A stretch of 35,577 nt of DNA from Hyphochytrium catenoides (taxonomy: Eukaryota > Protista > Hyphochytriomycota), in the NCBI GenBank assembly GCA_900088475.1, contig FLMG01003716.1, positions 1 to 35,577 on the forward strand, read 5' to 3'. The position numbers and the translations under genes were made by a program. The notes under the pieces are model-generated. The model ran no database searches and was not told the origin of the DNA. It worked only from the letters and a program-made list of their open reading frames with translations. Shown here piece after piece: positions 1-11,200 of the stretch (its first letter is position 1; each line of letters starts with the position of its first letter).

Positions 1-38
1 GAGAGAGGAGAGAGAGAGTGAGAGAGTGAGAGAGAGAT
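1..38. repeat. (GA)n microsatellite, interrupted, at window start
   Basis: gagagaggagagagagagtgagagagtgagagagaga read directly. Confidence 0.9.
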
Positions 39-2147
39 GGACATCATCATCACCCTTCTTTAGATTTGACTGCTGAACGGCTGAGACGCACTTTTCCTTC
101 TGTAGGGAGGTTTCAGGCTTCTACATCAACACTATAGCGAATAGATCTAATGCTATTACAAATAACCAACATCCCTCATTTGTTCTATTCTGTATAGGTC
201 AAGGTCCAGTTTGGGGAGTTACACTTTTCTGGTTCTCACCTGCAATCTTTGACTACTTTTCATTGACTCCTCGTACTGGGCTGTTGGCTCTAGGTAGGAG
301 ATAGACCAAGAGATAGAACTGTGCTGTACACAGAGAGAAGAAGAGAAGTGGTGGAGCAAGGAAAGAAGAGAGGAGGGAAGCAAGAAAAGTAGTAGTGAGA
401 CAGAAGAGGACTCTTCTTCTGTGGGAAGAGCGCGTTCTGTTTGCCTTGTCCAATTGTTCTTGGTACCTCTTCTTCTCTGGGATCTCTTCTTTTTCTTGCT
501 TCATACATGTCACCACCACTCACCCCAATCAACTTGCTTCTTTCAAAAGTAATAATCTATCAATCTTATCAGTGATAAAGGATCAGTGTGCCACGAGTCA
601 AGACGAAGGCCGCCCCTCTACTCTGGCTATGTTTTGTTGCCCCTTCGATGGACATCTTTTTTTCCTTCTCCCTTGTCATTGTTGTGCTCCGTCCTTCTTC
701 ACTCTTCTTAGTCATAATTTACCTCTTTTTTGCAGAGAGCTCACTTCTTCTTCCTCCCTAACCCTTTGCCGCCGACCCGGCAGAGAGGGCAGCACTACTG
801 CCACTATTATAAGTAATTAAAGACCACAACATACATGCTGTTACTATTTTGCATGCTGAGTTGCGTCGAGTTGTCATAATCAAATGAGAAGGAGAAGCGG
901 AGGAGAGATCAACAGAGACCCACAATACGGAAACAGATGAAGATAAGCCCACGATGATGACATCTCCTACTACCAAAAAAGCAAAGGGAAGAGGGTTTTC
1001 TGATGAGGAGGCTTGATCCATCAAGAAAAGATGTCTGCAGCTGCTCTTCCCTCGTTAAGCTTATTGTTAGACTATTATCATTACCGTCTTGCTTCTTGTT
1101 TTATGTCTGCCCCATCTTATGCGGGGTAGGTTATTAGGTTAAAAGAGGAGGATATATTTAGAAGAGCTGCTCCTTCCTTCTTCTCCTCTCTATCATTCCC
1201 CAACAAGAACAACAACAACAGCTGATTATTACACCCCGTCTTCTGGCTCCTCCTGACCTACACCTTCTTCTTCTGCCGACAACAAGTTTTATTTAGATTC
1301 AGAAGGTGGTGGTCGTCGGTAACATAATAGCAAGCGAAGACTTCGATTGTTTGGCAGCAGGGTCTCTTCTTAGTTCCACAGTATAACTATTATAGTTTGT
1401 TATTATTATCATCCACATCAAGACCCTTCTTCTTCAGAAGGAAGACAATCATCATGACGACGTAGCACCACCATGCATCATCCTTACATGAGCGGCAACA
1501 GGAGCAGCGTCATAATCAACAACAAGAAGTCAATCAAACACACTTCCTCTTTAGAGTTAGTAGCAAGAAAGAAAGAAGAGCAACAACCACAACTAGCAGG
1601 ATGATAACGGGACGCCAACTAGCGATCGATCACATGGTAAAAGGAGGAAGGCTTCTATTCTCGCTTCTTCTTCGACACTTCTTCTCGTCTTGACGTGGAG
1701 CTGATCGTGAGTCGTGATGATGAGTGAGCCGCCGCGCCGCCTCCTCGCTCCGTCGTCGCTCGCCGCCCCATCGGCGGAGACCTAGCTTCCTATCTTACGA
1801 CCTCACAGGCTGATCAGCAGCTTGATCAGCGCTCTTCTCCGGTGATTGTTTGGTTGGCAAGTTGACTCTAAAGTTCGTTGAGGGATACTTATATTTGCGT
1901 TGGATGTTACCGTTTATCTGGCCTTGTAAAGTGACAAGTATCTGAATTAATTTTAAAGTATGCTTGTTATAAAGAGTGTGTATCTCCTCCCTCCGGTCCT
2001 GAATAACCCACCAGAATTTCAAATCAGAACTAGCCGTTACGACGAGTAAAATGTATGGGCTGGTCTTGAAGAGCTTCTTCCATCACAGCAGTTCTGACAT
2101 CTTGAAACAGGGCCGGTCTCTCTCCACTTTCTTCGCCTCTTTTCATC

Positions 2148-2190
2148 GTCTCTCTCTCTCGTCCTGTGTCTCTCTCTCTCCCCGCTCTCT
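2148..2190. repeat. Interrupted (CT)n tract about 290 bp upstream of the + strand gene at 2478
   Basis: gtctctctctctcgtcctgtgtctctctctctccccgctctct read directly. Confidence 0.75.
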
Positions 2191-2477
2191 CCAGAAGCTG
2201 CTGTTGTTCCCACGGCACTGTTAGCGGCGGTCTATGCTAAGTTGTCTTCTTCATCCTCCGTGAAGAGCTTCAGAAGCGATCGCCTTCATTCCGAAGCGAT
2301 CTCACGCGAGACGACTGCCCAGTGCAGGTCCTTTGAGTTTCAGGAGAGATTCTTCATTTCCGGATACTTTCTTTCTCCTCTCTATTACTCATAGAGAACC
2401 ACTGCAAGCTCACATCACGAAAAGGTCTATCAGGACAAAGCATCGCTGAAGCTGCAACGGCAAAGAAGAGAAGCGAA

Positions 2478-3641
2478 ATGGACTCTCTGCACAACTTTAC
2501 CTTTCCTGTTCCAGAGCTGGACCTGCAAGGCACTGTTCTCTCTCTAGAGAGTCAGGCCAAGAAACTGTTCATCTACACGGAGGAGAATGTTAAGGTTGGC
2601 CTTGAGCATTCGAAGGTATGAGTAGATGCCTAAAGCTAGAAAAGCGTGCGGGCTGGCAGGTAGCAGTGGAGGATGTCGTGTGCATTTGAAGGTAGTCGTC
2701 AGAAAGCCGGTGAAAGAGTGACAAACCTATGTAAAAACCTAAAAAGTACGGGAGCAGCTAACATGTTGCATGGGGAGCCCAATTGAAGCAGAAAGCGGCC
2801 TGCTGACAGGGGCAACGGAAGGTGGATAGTTATAGGGAGGACAAAGGCGCGACCAAGAGAAAAGAAGCAGACTGTCAATGACAGCTCAACCTTTCCTTCT
2901 TCTCACCTGTATAGGTGCTAGTCTTAGAGCTTGAGCGTCTTATGAACTCTATCAGTCATCAGCAAGTCGCTAATGGAGCAGTGGTAGCTGGAGCGGTGAG
3001 TTATACCATCGGTTCTCTTGGCCTGTCAACTTGCTCATTAGTTCTCTCTCTCTCTCGCTCCCCTCGTGCTCTCTCTCCCTTCGATCTCTGCTTTTCTCTG
3101 GATCCTTTCATTGCGGCCTCTTCCAATTGATAGTTGCATTCTAACGCCGCCAAAAAATACAACGCCTGTAGGTGACGATGCTAGTTGGGGCTCTCTTTAT
3201 TCTATTGCTGCCCTTCTTCAGGCAGAAGAGGAAGGCTGCCATTGCAGGGGCAAAGGTGCCATCTTCTCTATCTGCCAAGGATTCAATTGGGGGAGAGAGA
3301 TCTAAAGAGGCCAGGTCTAAGGGTGAGTCACGGCATACTCGCGTTGTATCGTGCCGCATGAGATCGTTCAGTCTTATGCGTCCGCATGCGGTATCTGTGT
3401 ACCTCCTCGCTAACAACATGGACCTTTAATCTAGGAGAAGAGGCCACTAAGAGTACACCTAGCACTCCTACGCGCGCTCCAGCCATTGGGCTTATCGGTA
3501 GGCTATTTATGCAAATGACCACCTTTTGAGAGCCTTACCTTTGTCCATACTTTCCTTTCCTGCCTTGCAGCGACTCCCCAAGGAAGACGCTCGACAAGAC
3601 AGCGAAAAGCTACGACTCCATTCAACATTGACAAGTTCTAA
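2478..3641 (+). CDS. Small (about 146 aa) single-pass membrane protein of unknown function, 4 exons
   Basis: Exons 2478-2615, 2915-2995, 3172-3322 and 3571-3641 join in frame at GT-AG sites (donors gtatga, gtgagt, gtgagt; pyrimidine-rich acceptors). Product: MDSLHNFTFPVPELDLQG...GAVVAGAVTMLVGALFILLLPFF-RQKRK...ATPQGRRSTRQRKATTPFNIDKF*. One hydrophobic segment followed by a basic tail; no family recognised. Confidence 0.72.
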
Positions 3642-4095
3642 GCCCAATTCAGGATCTTTCATGTGCTCTTCCTCAGCCCCCTGACAAGACCAGACTCTCT
3701 TTCTCTCTCTACTTTCCTTCTATCTCTTTTTCGCGATGACGACCATGACGCCTGCCTAGGGTAGGAGAAAGGCCTTTTCACCTCGAAACGTCCGAGACTG
3801 ACCCAGGATGTCCTTGAGCCAGTCGATCGGCACCGGTGTACCAATAAAGAAAGAGAAGGTTGTCGATTCCGCTTCGGCTTCCTTAGCAATCCCCTTGGAT
3901 TTGGGTTATCACACCCGTCTACCCTCTCTTAAGTTTTCTTGAGGGTCTATCTCTCGTCTGCCTGCTCTCTGTTCAATCGCTGGGCCACAAACCTTACCAA
4001 ACCAGGTCTGGAACTGACCCCGGTCTTGTAAGAAAAGAGGTAGCTACACGAGAACCAAAGACGGAAAGAGCTAAATGATATAAATCTCTTCTCGC

Positions 4096-6559
4096 TTACA
4101 ACTTTCCTAGTCCAAGGTTTCTCTTGGACAGTGTTTCTTTCGCTCCTTGATACTCTAGATCTAGTCGATCTACTAGCTCTTGAACTGTGGGAATATCGTC
4201 GACGTTCATCACACCGTGTCCTACAGTAGAATAAGCGATTGGTACAGGCGCGGGAAAGTTCCCGCCTCTCTCGCAGCTTTATGCTTCGGTCTCTCTGTCT
4301 CCACATCTTCACTTTGTCCAGCTTCCTTCGATGTCTTATGTTTACACCTCTCGTATCTCTTTTGAAGCCTTACCTGCTGACCAGATGTCTGCCCATGGGC
4401 GCTTCTCCTTTGGCTTAGGTTCTCCTTCGAAGAGGTGGTCCTCAGTTCCCAGCCCCTCTCCATAAATATTATCAGGGTCGAGGCCGCAGTCTGTCAATGA
4501 CTTTCGGAGGAAGTTGGCATAGATCCCTGTATGTGGGGAGTTTTCTTAGTACTAAATAATGACGGTGAGCAATCCAGACGACATAGAAAACTCAAGGATA
4601 GAGACACAAAAGAAGAGCAGAAGAAGAGTTTATAAGGTCAGCAAGGATAAGCCTTTTGAACGAGGTGCTGCCAGTGAGGATGTATGTCTCCATAACGCGA
4701 AAGCCCTACGAGGGTCGCCCAGCGCCGTTTCAGCCTGATAGGGGCGGCGATGCGTACCTGATATTTTGTCGGTGTAAACAGTAGGAAGGAAAAATGGTGG
4801 AGGACCCGATTGCTCTGTTCGTATCATGTCTATAATAAAGGGAGACAGTATGCAAGGTTGGCGATGGAGGTTTTCTTTTTTGCATGTCGTGCTTCTGAAC
4901 TGACCTTTGAGTCTCTGGTCTGCCATACTTTCTGCAACGAGTAACACAAAGAGATCAGAGAACAGCCAATTAGAGCCAAGCAAGCCCCGCTGGAGGAAGC
5001 TGAGATGCTTATCCAGGACAGCACTTGAAAAACTTCAGGGTTGACATGTGAATAAAGTATAAATTGACCTTGCACGCAGACAGAGATCGAACTTTGACGG
5101 AAGACGCTCACTGGAAAACACCGACCGCTGAAAAGAGAAAGGAGGACAGAAAGTGTACCTTTCGTAGCCATGAACCTGGTCCCCATATCTGATCATAAGT
5201 GTGTGCAGCAGGTGAAGGAGTTGATGGTGGAGAGAAATGATCGAGGGAGGGGGGTTGCATTCCGGCAGATACTTAGTCACTGGAGATGATCACGATTCTC
5301 AGTAGCACGGATCCTACATGCTAGATCGGCTCCTAATGCTTGTGCGGCCAGTATCGACTCGCCAGTCGACAATGCACCCGCTAGAATGATGGTTTTGTCG
5401 AAGAATTTCCGCACCTGCAGAGAAGTGTTCCAAGGCCCGGACACAGAAAGTTAGAACGGGTTTGGGCAAAGTTAGACAAAGTCGATCTGGAAGACCAAGG
5501 AACCTCTGGGGATCAGTTTGATAGGTAGAGTGACAAAAGAGGCGGCAAATGCACGATTAGGCGTTGAGCACGGCTAAAAGGTAAGTAAACCAAGGCGATG
5601 AAGCAACTGACGGCTGGCAGAAGGGCAAAAGCTGAGGCAGCTCCTGCGTGCCCTCCAGCACCAGAGCAAACAAGGATCAAGCCATCCACTCCTGCCGCTG
5701 CGGCCTTCCTAGAAGAGCAATAACGTGAGAGAGAGAGTAGCTCATAAACGTTCTCCATCAGTCTTAGGCATAATATCATTTCCCCTGTCCAGTCTCTCTC
5801 TTCGGACGTTCCTACTATTTATGCGTCAAGCTCTAGCTTTACGCCTCTTACTTTGCATGGACCACATTCGTGACGTCGTGGAAGACGACCCCTCCGTAGC
5901 TGTGAACCGCGTCGATGACTTCCCGGACGGCCCCGAGTGAGGTGATAACGATGGGAACTTGATATTTTACTATCTTTTCCAAGTTCTGCTGCAGTCTTCA
6001 GCGGTTCGCAGAGCCATAAGAGCCATGTACAATAGAAGAGATTAGGAAGAGTAGGACATCAAAGAGAATGGAAAGTTGAGCATGGTAGAGATCTACCGTC
6101 GCTATGCGAAAGAGATTCCGGAGGACCACTATATCATATAGTCAAGATGGAGCTCTGACCTGGGGTTAGACTTGTGAACAATGAGGTTGACTCCATAGGG
6201 GGCGGTCGGAGCCTTAGCCTGCAGCTTCTGCGTGATGTCTTTCAGCCAGTCATCCAGAATATCGTCATTTCTAAGCGCGTCGTAGATGAGCTCAAGTGCT
6301 GAGGATCAACAGCCCACATACAGGGCTTTGACATAGCATATTGTGCTGTTATTACCGTGCGTTTAACGCTGGGAAAGTGCCCACCACTCCCGATCTGCAG
6401 GTAGCAGTTACCAAGTCAACCCCTGATACTAGGAACATGGGTGCGGCAATGAGCTATGGAGAGAGAGTCAGAGTCCAAAGGTGAGCACGGTCTGCAATAA
6501 TTACAGGGACTCACCGGCAGACGAAGGTTAGCTCGAGTTAACAGGCCTGGAAGCGGCAT
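4096..6559 (-). CDS. Nitronate monooxygenase / 2-nitropropane dioxygenase family flavoprotein, about 11 exons
   Basis: Spliced translation gives MPLPGLLTRANLRLP|LIAAPMFLVSG...GVVGTFPALNAR, PYGVNLIVHKSNPR, VPIVITSLG...VHSYGGVVFHDV, GVDGLILVCSGAGGHAG (catalytic His motif), IILAGALSTG...LGADLAYMGTRFMAT, WADIWSAGHGV and ...LGLGKL* (TAA at 4098-4096). All junctions are GT-AG and phase-compatible. Confidence 0.93.
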
Positions 6560-7320
6560 GGCTCAGAGAAATGCTTCTGGAAAATAGCTTAGCCTTAAAC
6601 TGGCCGCACTTAAATGGTGACTGCTGTCAGGTTTCACTGAGAGACGGCAGGATGCAGAACAAGATCCCTTGCTCGCAGTCTGAAGCCTCTGAATAACATC
6701 ATCCGGAGCTTCACCTCTCAACATCGCCATCGGGCGGCGCTCGAGCTTGGAGAAGCGCTCCACCAGCAGACGAAAAGATTCTTCAGAAGCCATCAAAAGA
6801 GTCCAGCAACCTCTTTCACGGCTGCATTTGGCTCGGAGGCCAACGGGCTAAGAGATCTTGACACCAAAACTAACCCCAGGTGTTTGAAAGATTACTAGCT
6901 ATTGATTATCTTTATCTGACCATTGACCAAAAATGCTAACTGAAGCTTTCATGCTTTTCTTTACTTCAAAGCTTTTCGTAGCAGAAAGTCACCAGTGTTT
7001 AGGTCTAAGGAAGGAGGTCTCTCAAGAGGTTCAAGAAACATTCAACGGCGGAGGAATTTAGAAACATTCATGAGACCATTGCCATATTCCTAATCCTGTA
7101 GGGAAAGAAGATTGATATTACGGTTTAACAGCCGTTATAATTCCGAATCTATTAGTAGAAGTTCAGAAAAAGGGCCTTGGTGCGCCTTGATGTTCTTTTC
7201 TCAGAAGGGCAAGGAGGAGGAGGAGGAGGAGGAAGGAAAATGATGTCTCTCCCTTTTCTACTACTTGTCGTTCCTTTCTTCCTCCCCTGCCCTCCTTCCT
7301 TGTACAGTACACAGGCTGCT

Positions 7321-7747
7321 TTACTCTCTCTCTCTCTCTCTCTCTCTCTCTTTATCTCTCTCTCTCTCTCTCTCTCTTTATCTCTCTCTCTCTCTTTCTC
7401 TCTTTCTCTCTCTCTCTCTCTTTTTTTTGCTCTTTGTTCTTTCTCTTTTTCTCTTTTTCTCTCTTTCTCTTCTTCTCTCTTTCTCTTCTCTCTCTCTCTC
7501 CCTCACACTAACTCTTTCTCTTTCCATTCCTCTGTCTCTTCTTCTTCCCCCTCTCTAGCTCTCTCTTCGTCCCTCTCTCTCAGTTCCCAGTTTCTCAGCT
7601 ACATTCTCTATCTTCTTGTTCCCCTCAAAGTCAATCATCATCTCTGCGCTCTTCATTCTTTCGGAACAAGCCGTAGCAGCAGCAGGAGCAGGAGAGAGAA
7701 TCAGAAGAGCGGAAGACAGACGTCAAGCGACCAACCCTCTCTTCTTC

Positions 7748-7805
<58 letters not shown>
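7321..7805. repeat. Long (CT)n / polypyrimidine microsatellite cluster upstream of the E2-Tubby gene
   Basis: (CT)n-rich at 7325-7580 and a near-perfect (CT)n run at about 7751-7804; source of the spurious LSLSLS ORFs. Confidence 0.95.
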
Positions 7806-7808
<3 letters not shown>

Positions 7809-8096
7809 AAACTCCTCACACTCTGCCTTTACTCTCAATCTTCTTCGCCCGTTGCGTCACTGCTGCTAAAGTTCCTTGCGCAGCGCTTCTGTACCTGGAA
7901 AGCGTCCCAGAAGCCGCGCGACATTAGGTTGTCTTCCCTCCAGATTGCGGCGACTTCCTCTCTCTCTCTCTCTCTTTCTCTTTTTCTCTCTTCTTCCTTT
8001 CTTTCTTTTCGCTATTAGCGCCTTTCTTACTACATCGTTGAGCCTGATGAATTGACAAAAGCAGAGAGAGAGAGACGCGGTGAAGCTGCGAGCGAT

Positions 8097-8212
8097 ATGA
8101 ACCTGCTGACCGTAGATCCGCTGTCTATGGAGGAGGAAGAAGGAAGACTCGGAATCCTCTCTAAAGCCCGTGACAGGTAAGGGAAAAGAGACAGAGAGAC
8201 TGAGTGAGAACC

Positions 8213-8262
<50 letters not shown>

Positions 8263-11200
8263 GACAGAGAAGGAGATGCACGAGGAGAGACTCTGCTCGG
8301 AAGGGAGAAGACTTCAATGCACGTGCTAATGCTAAAAATGCCTTCCCGGTCTAGCGTCATCGGCTCCGATTGCTCCTCCGAGCCCGAGGAAGAGGCACTC
8401 TGCGAGCTGAGGAACTATGGAGACGATGAAGAGAGGAGCGAGCCAAAGAAACTAGAGCCGGAAGATACCGTAGCAGAGACAGAGAAGGAGAAAGATACGC
8501 TAGAGGTGGAAGAATGGGTCCTGTGCCGACGAGCAGCGCTGCAGGCGTTGCAGAGAGAGGCAAGGGAATGCTGGCGCAGTCTGCGGCCAAGTTGCAGGTA
8601 AAGCATGAAACACATCAGGAAGTGCCGGGCAAGACAGCTACATGCGTATTCAAAGCGGATGAAGAGAGGACGGAGAGAAAGAAGAAAAGCAAGAAGAACG
8701 AGGAAGAGAGAGAGAGAAAGAGAGAGAAAAGGAGAGAGGAGAGAAAGAGCGCGAGAAGTAGGGTCAGGCAGCAAGCGAGAAGCCTAGCGTCTTAGGGATC
8801 AAAGGTGATAAGCCCTGGAGCACGAGGAAGGACAGGTGATGGCAAACTGTCCAGGACATGAAAAGGGGGAAGATCTGTCCATCGGCTGTAGACGTCGCAA
8901 CTGGTCATTCAACCTTTCCTGACAGCTTCTCTTTTCACTATCTCGCTCTCTTTCTTCTTCTTCACTCCGACGCTTCTCTCTCTCTCTCTCTGTGTGGCTC
9001 TGCAGCGTTGGCCCTGTGCCAGTGGGCGCGACCTCTGTCGATCCATTCCATTGGCAGCTGGTTATCCCGCTTCTACAGGAGGAGGAGGAAGACGAGGAAA
9101 TGTATGTCAACCGCTATTCTAGCCGAGCTAGAGCAAGAGAGAATGTGATCATCGGCATACATTTTCCATACAACTACCCTCTGAGACCACCCATGCTGGA
9201 GGTGCAGTCACTCTTAGACGGGATTGCAGAAGAAGAGGAGGAGACACAGCCAGAGACAGAGGAGATGATTGATAGAAGAGAAAAGCCATCCGTGTATCGG
9301 AACAGATGCATTTGTCCCTACCGCCAGCCTCAGGGATGGAGCCCAGGACAGTCCATTGTCGATCTTATCTCCGAAATCTTCTCGGGCGTGGTCAGAGAAG
9401 GAAGAGCGTACCTGAAGAAGAATCTGCACTGTGTCTTCGAATCTGCATTGTGCGAGTCCTCTTACCTGCCGCTGCTGGACAGGCCTCTGCTGCCTTCTAT
9501 CGGTCAAGAGGCTGGGGGAAGGAATAAATGTTTCCAGGCTCTCAGGTAAGAGCGTGACCAGCAGAGACAGGATAACATCATAGATCCCAATCTTTCTTCG
9601 CTATGCTTGCCTCTGGGCTGGTAATCACCTTCCTATTTATGCTTTTAGATGGGATAACGCGCTCAAGAGAGGAGGCACGAATGGACTGAAACTCTGCAAC
9701 TGTTTGTTAACTTTGCCTGGGAGGAAGACTGAGCGAAGGTAACAGCGGCTTCTTTTGGTTGGATCATCCATGGCCTCCATCTATCCCTGGGGAAGCCGTT
9801 CTTAGAATGGGCTTGCTTGCAATCTCTCTCTTACTCATTCTCTCTCGCTGTCTCTCTCTCTCGCTCTCGTTCTTTTTCTCTCGCTTGCCCTCCTTTCCAT
9901 GGTCTCATGGTCTCTCTCCTTGTGTCTGTGTGCGTCACCTTGCTCTGACAAATGGTTGAGATCCTGTTGGTAGCTGGATTCTTCTGACTGAGTCTGCTTT
10001 GTTATCTTTTATCTCACTATCTCTGGTGTTTCGCCCTGCTGCTTTTCTGTTAATCCCAGGAGTGCATATCTAAAAACTCATGTACCTGGATGGTCTTGCG
10101 GCTCTCAGAGCTGTCAGTACAGTGGACAAGCTGCAGAGGAACAAAGAGCAGCGATCCCGCAGGATGATGAGTCTTCGTGTTGGTATCCTTGGCGGACAGG
10201 GATGTTGAGGGAGGAGGAGGCAAAGGGTCTGAAGTGTTTCATCTGTCGTGCAAGAGATATCCTCGGGGCCGATGATTACGATGATCACTATGACTTTGTG
10301 CCTCTTCTGAAGGACTCTCCCCGCCCGCAAGAGTAAGAGAAAGCGCTTTCTCTCCTAATTATCCTCCTATCTCTCTTTCTTCCATTCCCTCCTTAAAGAT
10401 GCATCTCTGGCCCCTCGCCCTATCGGGTGCGTTTCTTCTGAGGTTAGAAGGAAAGCCAAACCTTCAATACGCTTAGCTACGAAGGCTTTGTCTGAGTCAT
10501 CTTCGCCTAGTGTTTATGTCAGTAGCATGACGGGCACACGCTGGTTCTGGGCGGAGGCATTGAGCTGCTCGGCCTGCACTCTGCCCTTGAAGACACGGAG
10601 TATTCAGGCAGCTGAGGTACTCCATGCTGCTCAGAAGGAATGGAAGGAGATCAGAGCGAGGTAGGTTTTCCTTCTTGCATCTCTCCAAGCGTTTTGTGTG
10701 TCTCTCTCTTTTTCCTTCTCCTTTTCTTATCGCCCTTATGGCCTGTGTCCTGCATGGCTACTTACTACTTTGCTCCCGGTCCTACGATGCCACAGGATTA
10801 TCAGCGACAATGGGCTGTGCAGCTCTTGCGGCATTGAGTCAGCTCACAGCTACTGCTCGGGCGGTTCTGCTGCCAAACTTGTCTGCGCCAACCGGTCGGT
10901 CGATTCGCTTCCTCTCCTCCATCCCCCGTTTTTATGTCTCTCTCTGTCCCAGTTCCTTCTTTCCTTTGGTCTCTTTCTTTCTTTCTCTCTGCCTAGGAGG
11001 GTCTCGGTCACCATTCTTCAGGTGGCAGTAGTTAGCCGTCCTGCTGCCCTCTCTCTTTCCATAGACTAATTGATACCTTCTCCTTGCAGACGATGTATAA
11101 CTAGGGACAAGTCCGTCTCTTACATCTCCCTCGCGGACGTGGCCCAAGAGCAGAAGCTCTTCTCGGACCTTCTTCTGTCGAGAGCAGAAAACTATGGAGA

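Noticed and set aside
7177-8360. Long ORFs rich in LSLSLS or ERERER (e.g. 7177-7869, 7866-8360; likewise 21112-21553, 24123-24526, 35039-35245)
   Set aside because: They are translations of (CT)n/(GA)n microsatellites, which lack stop codons.
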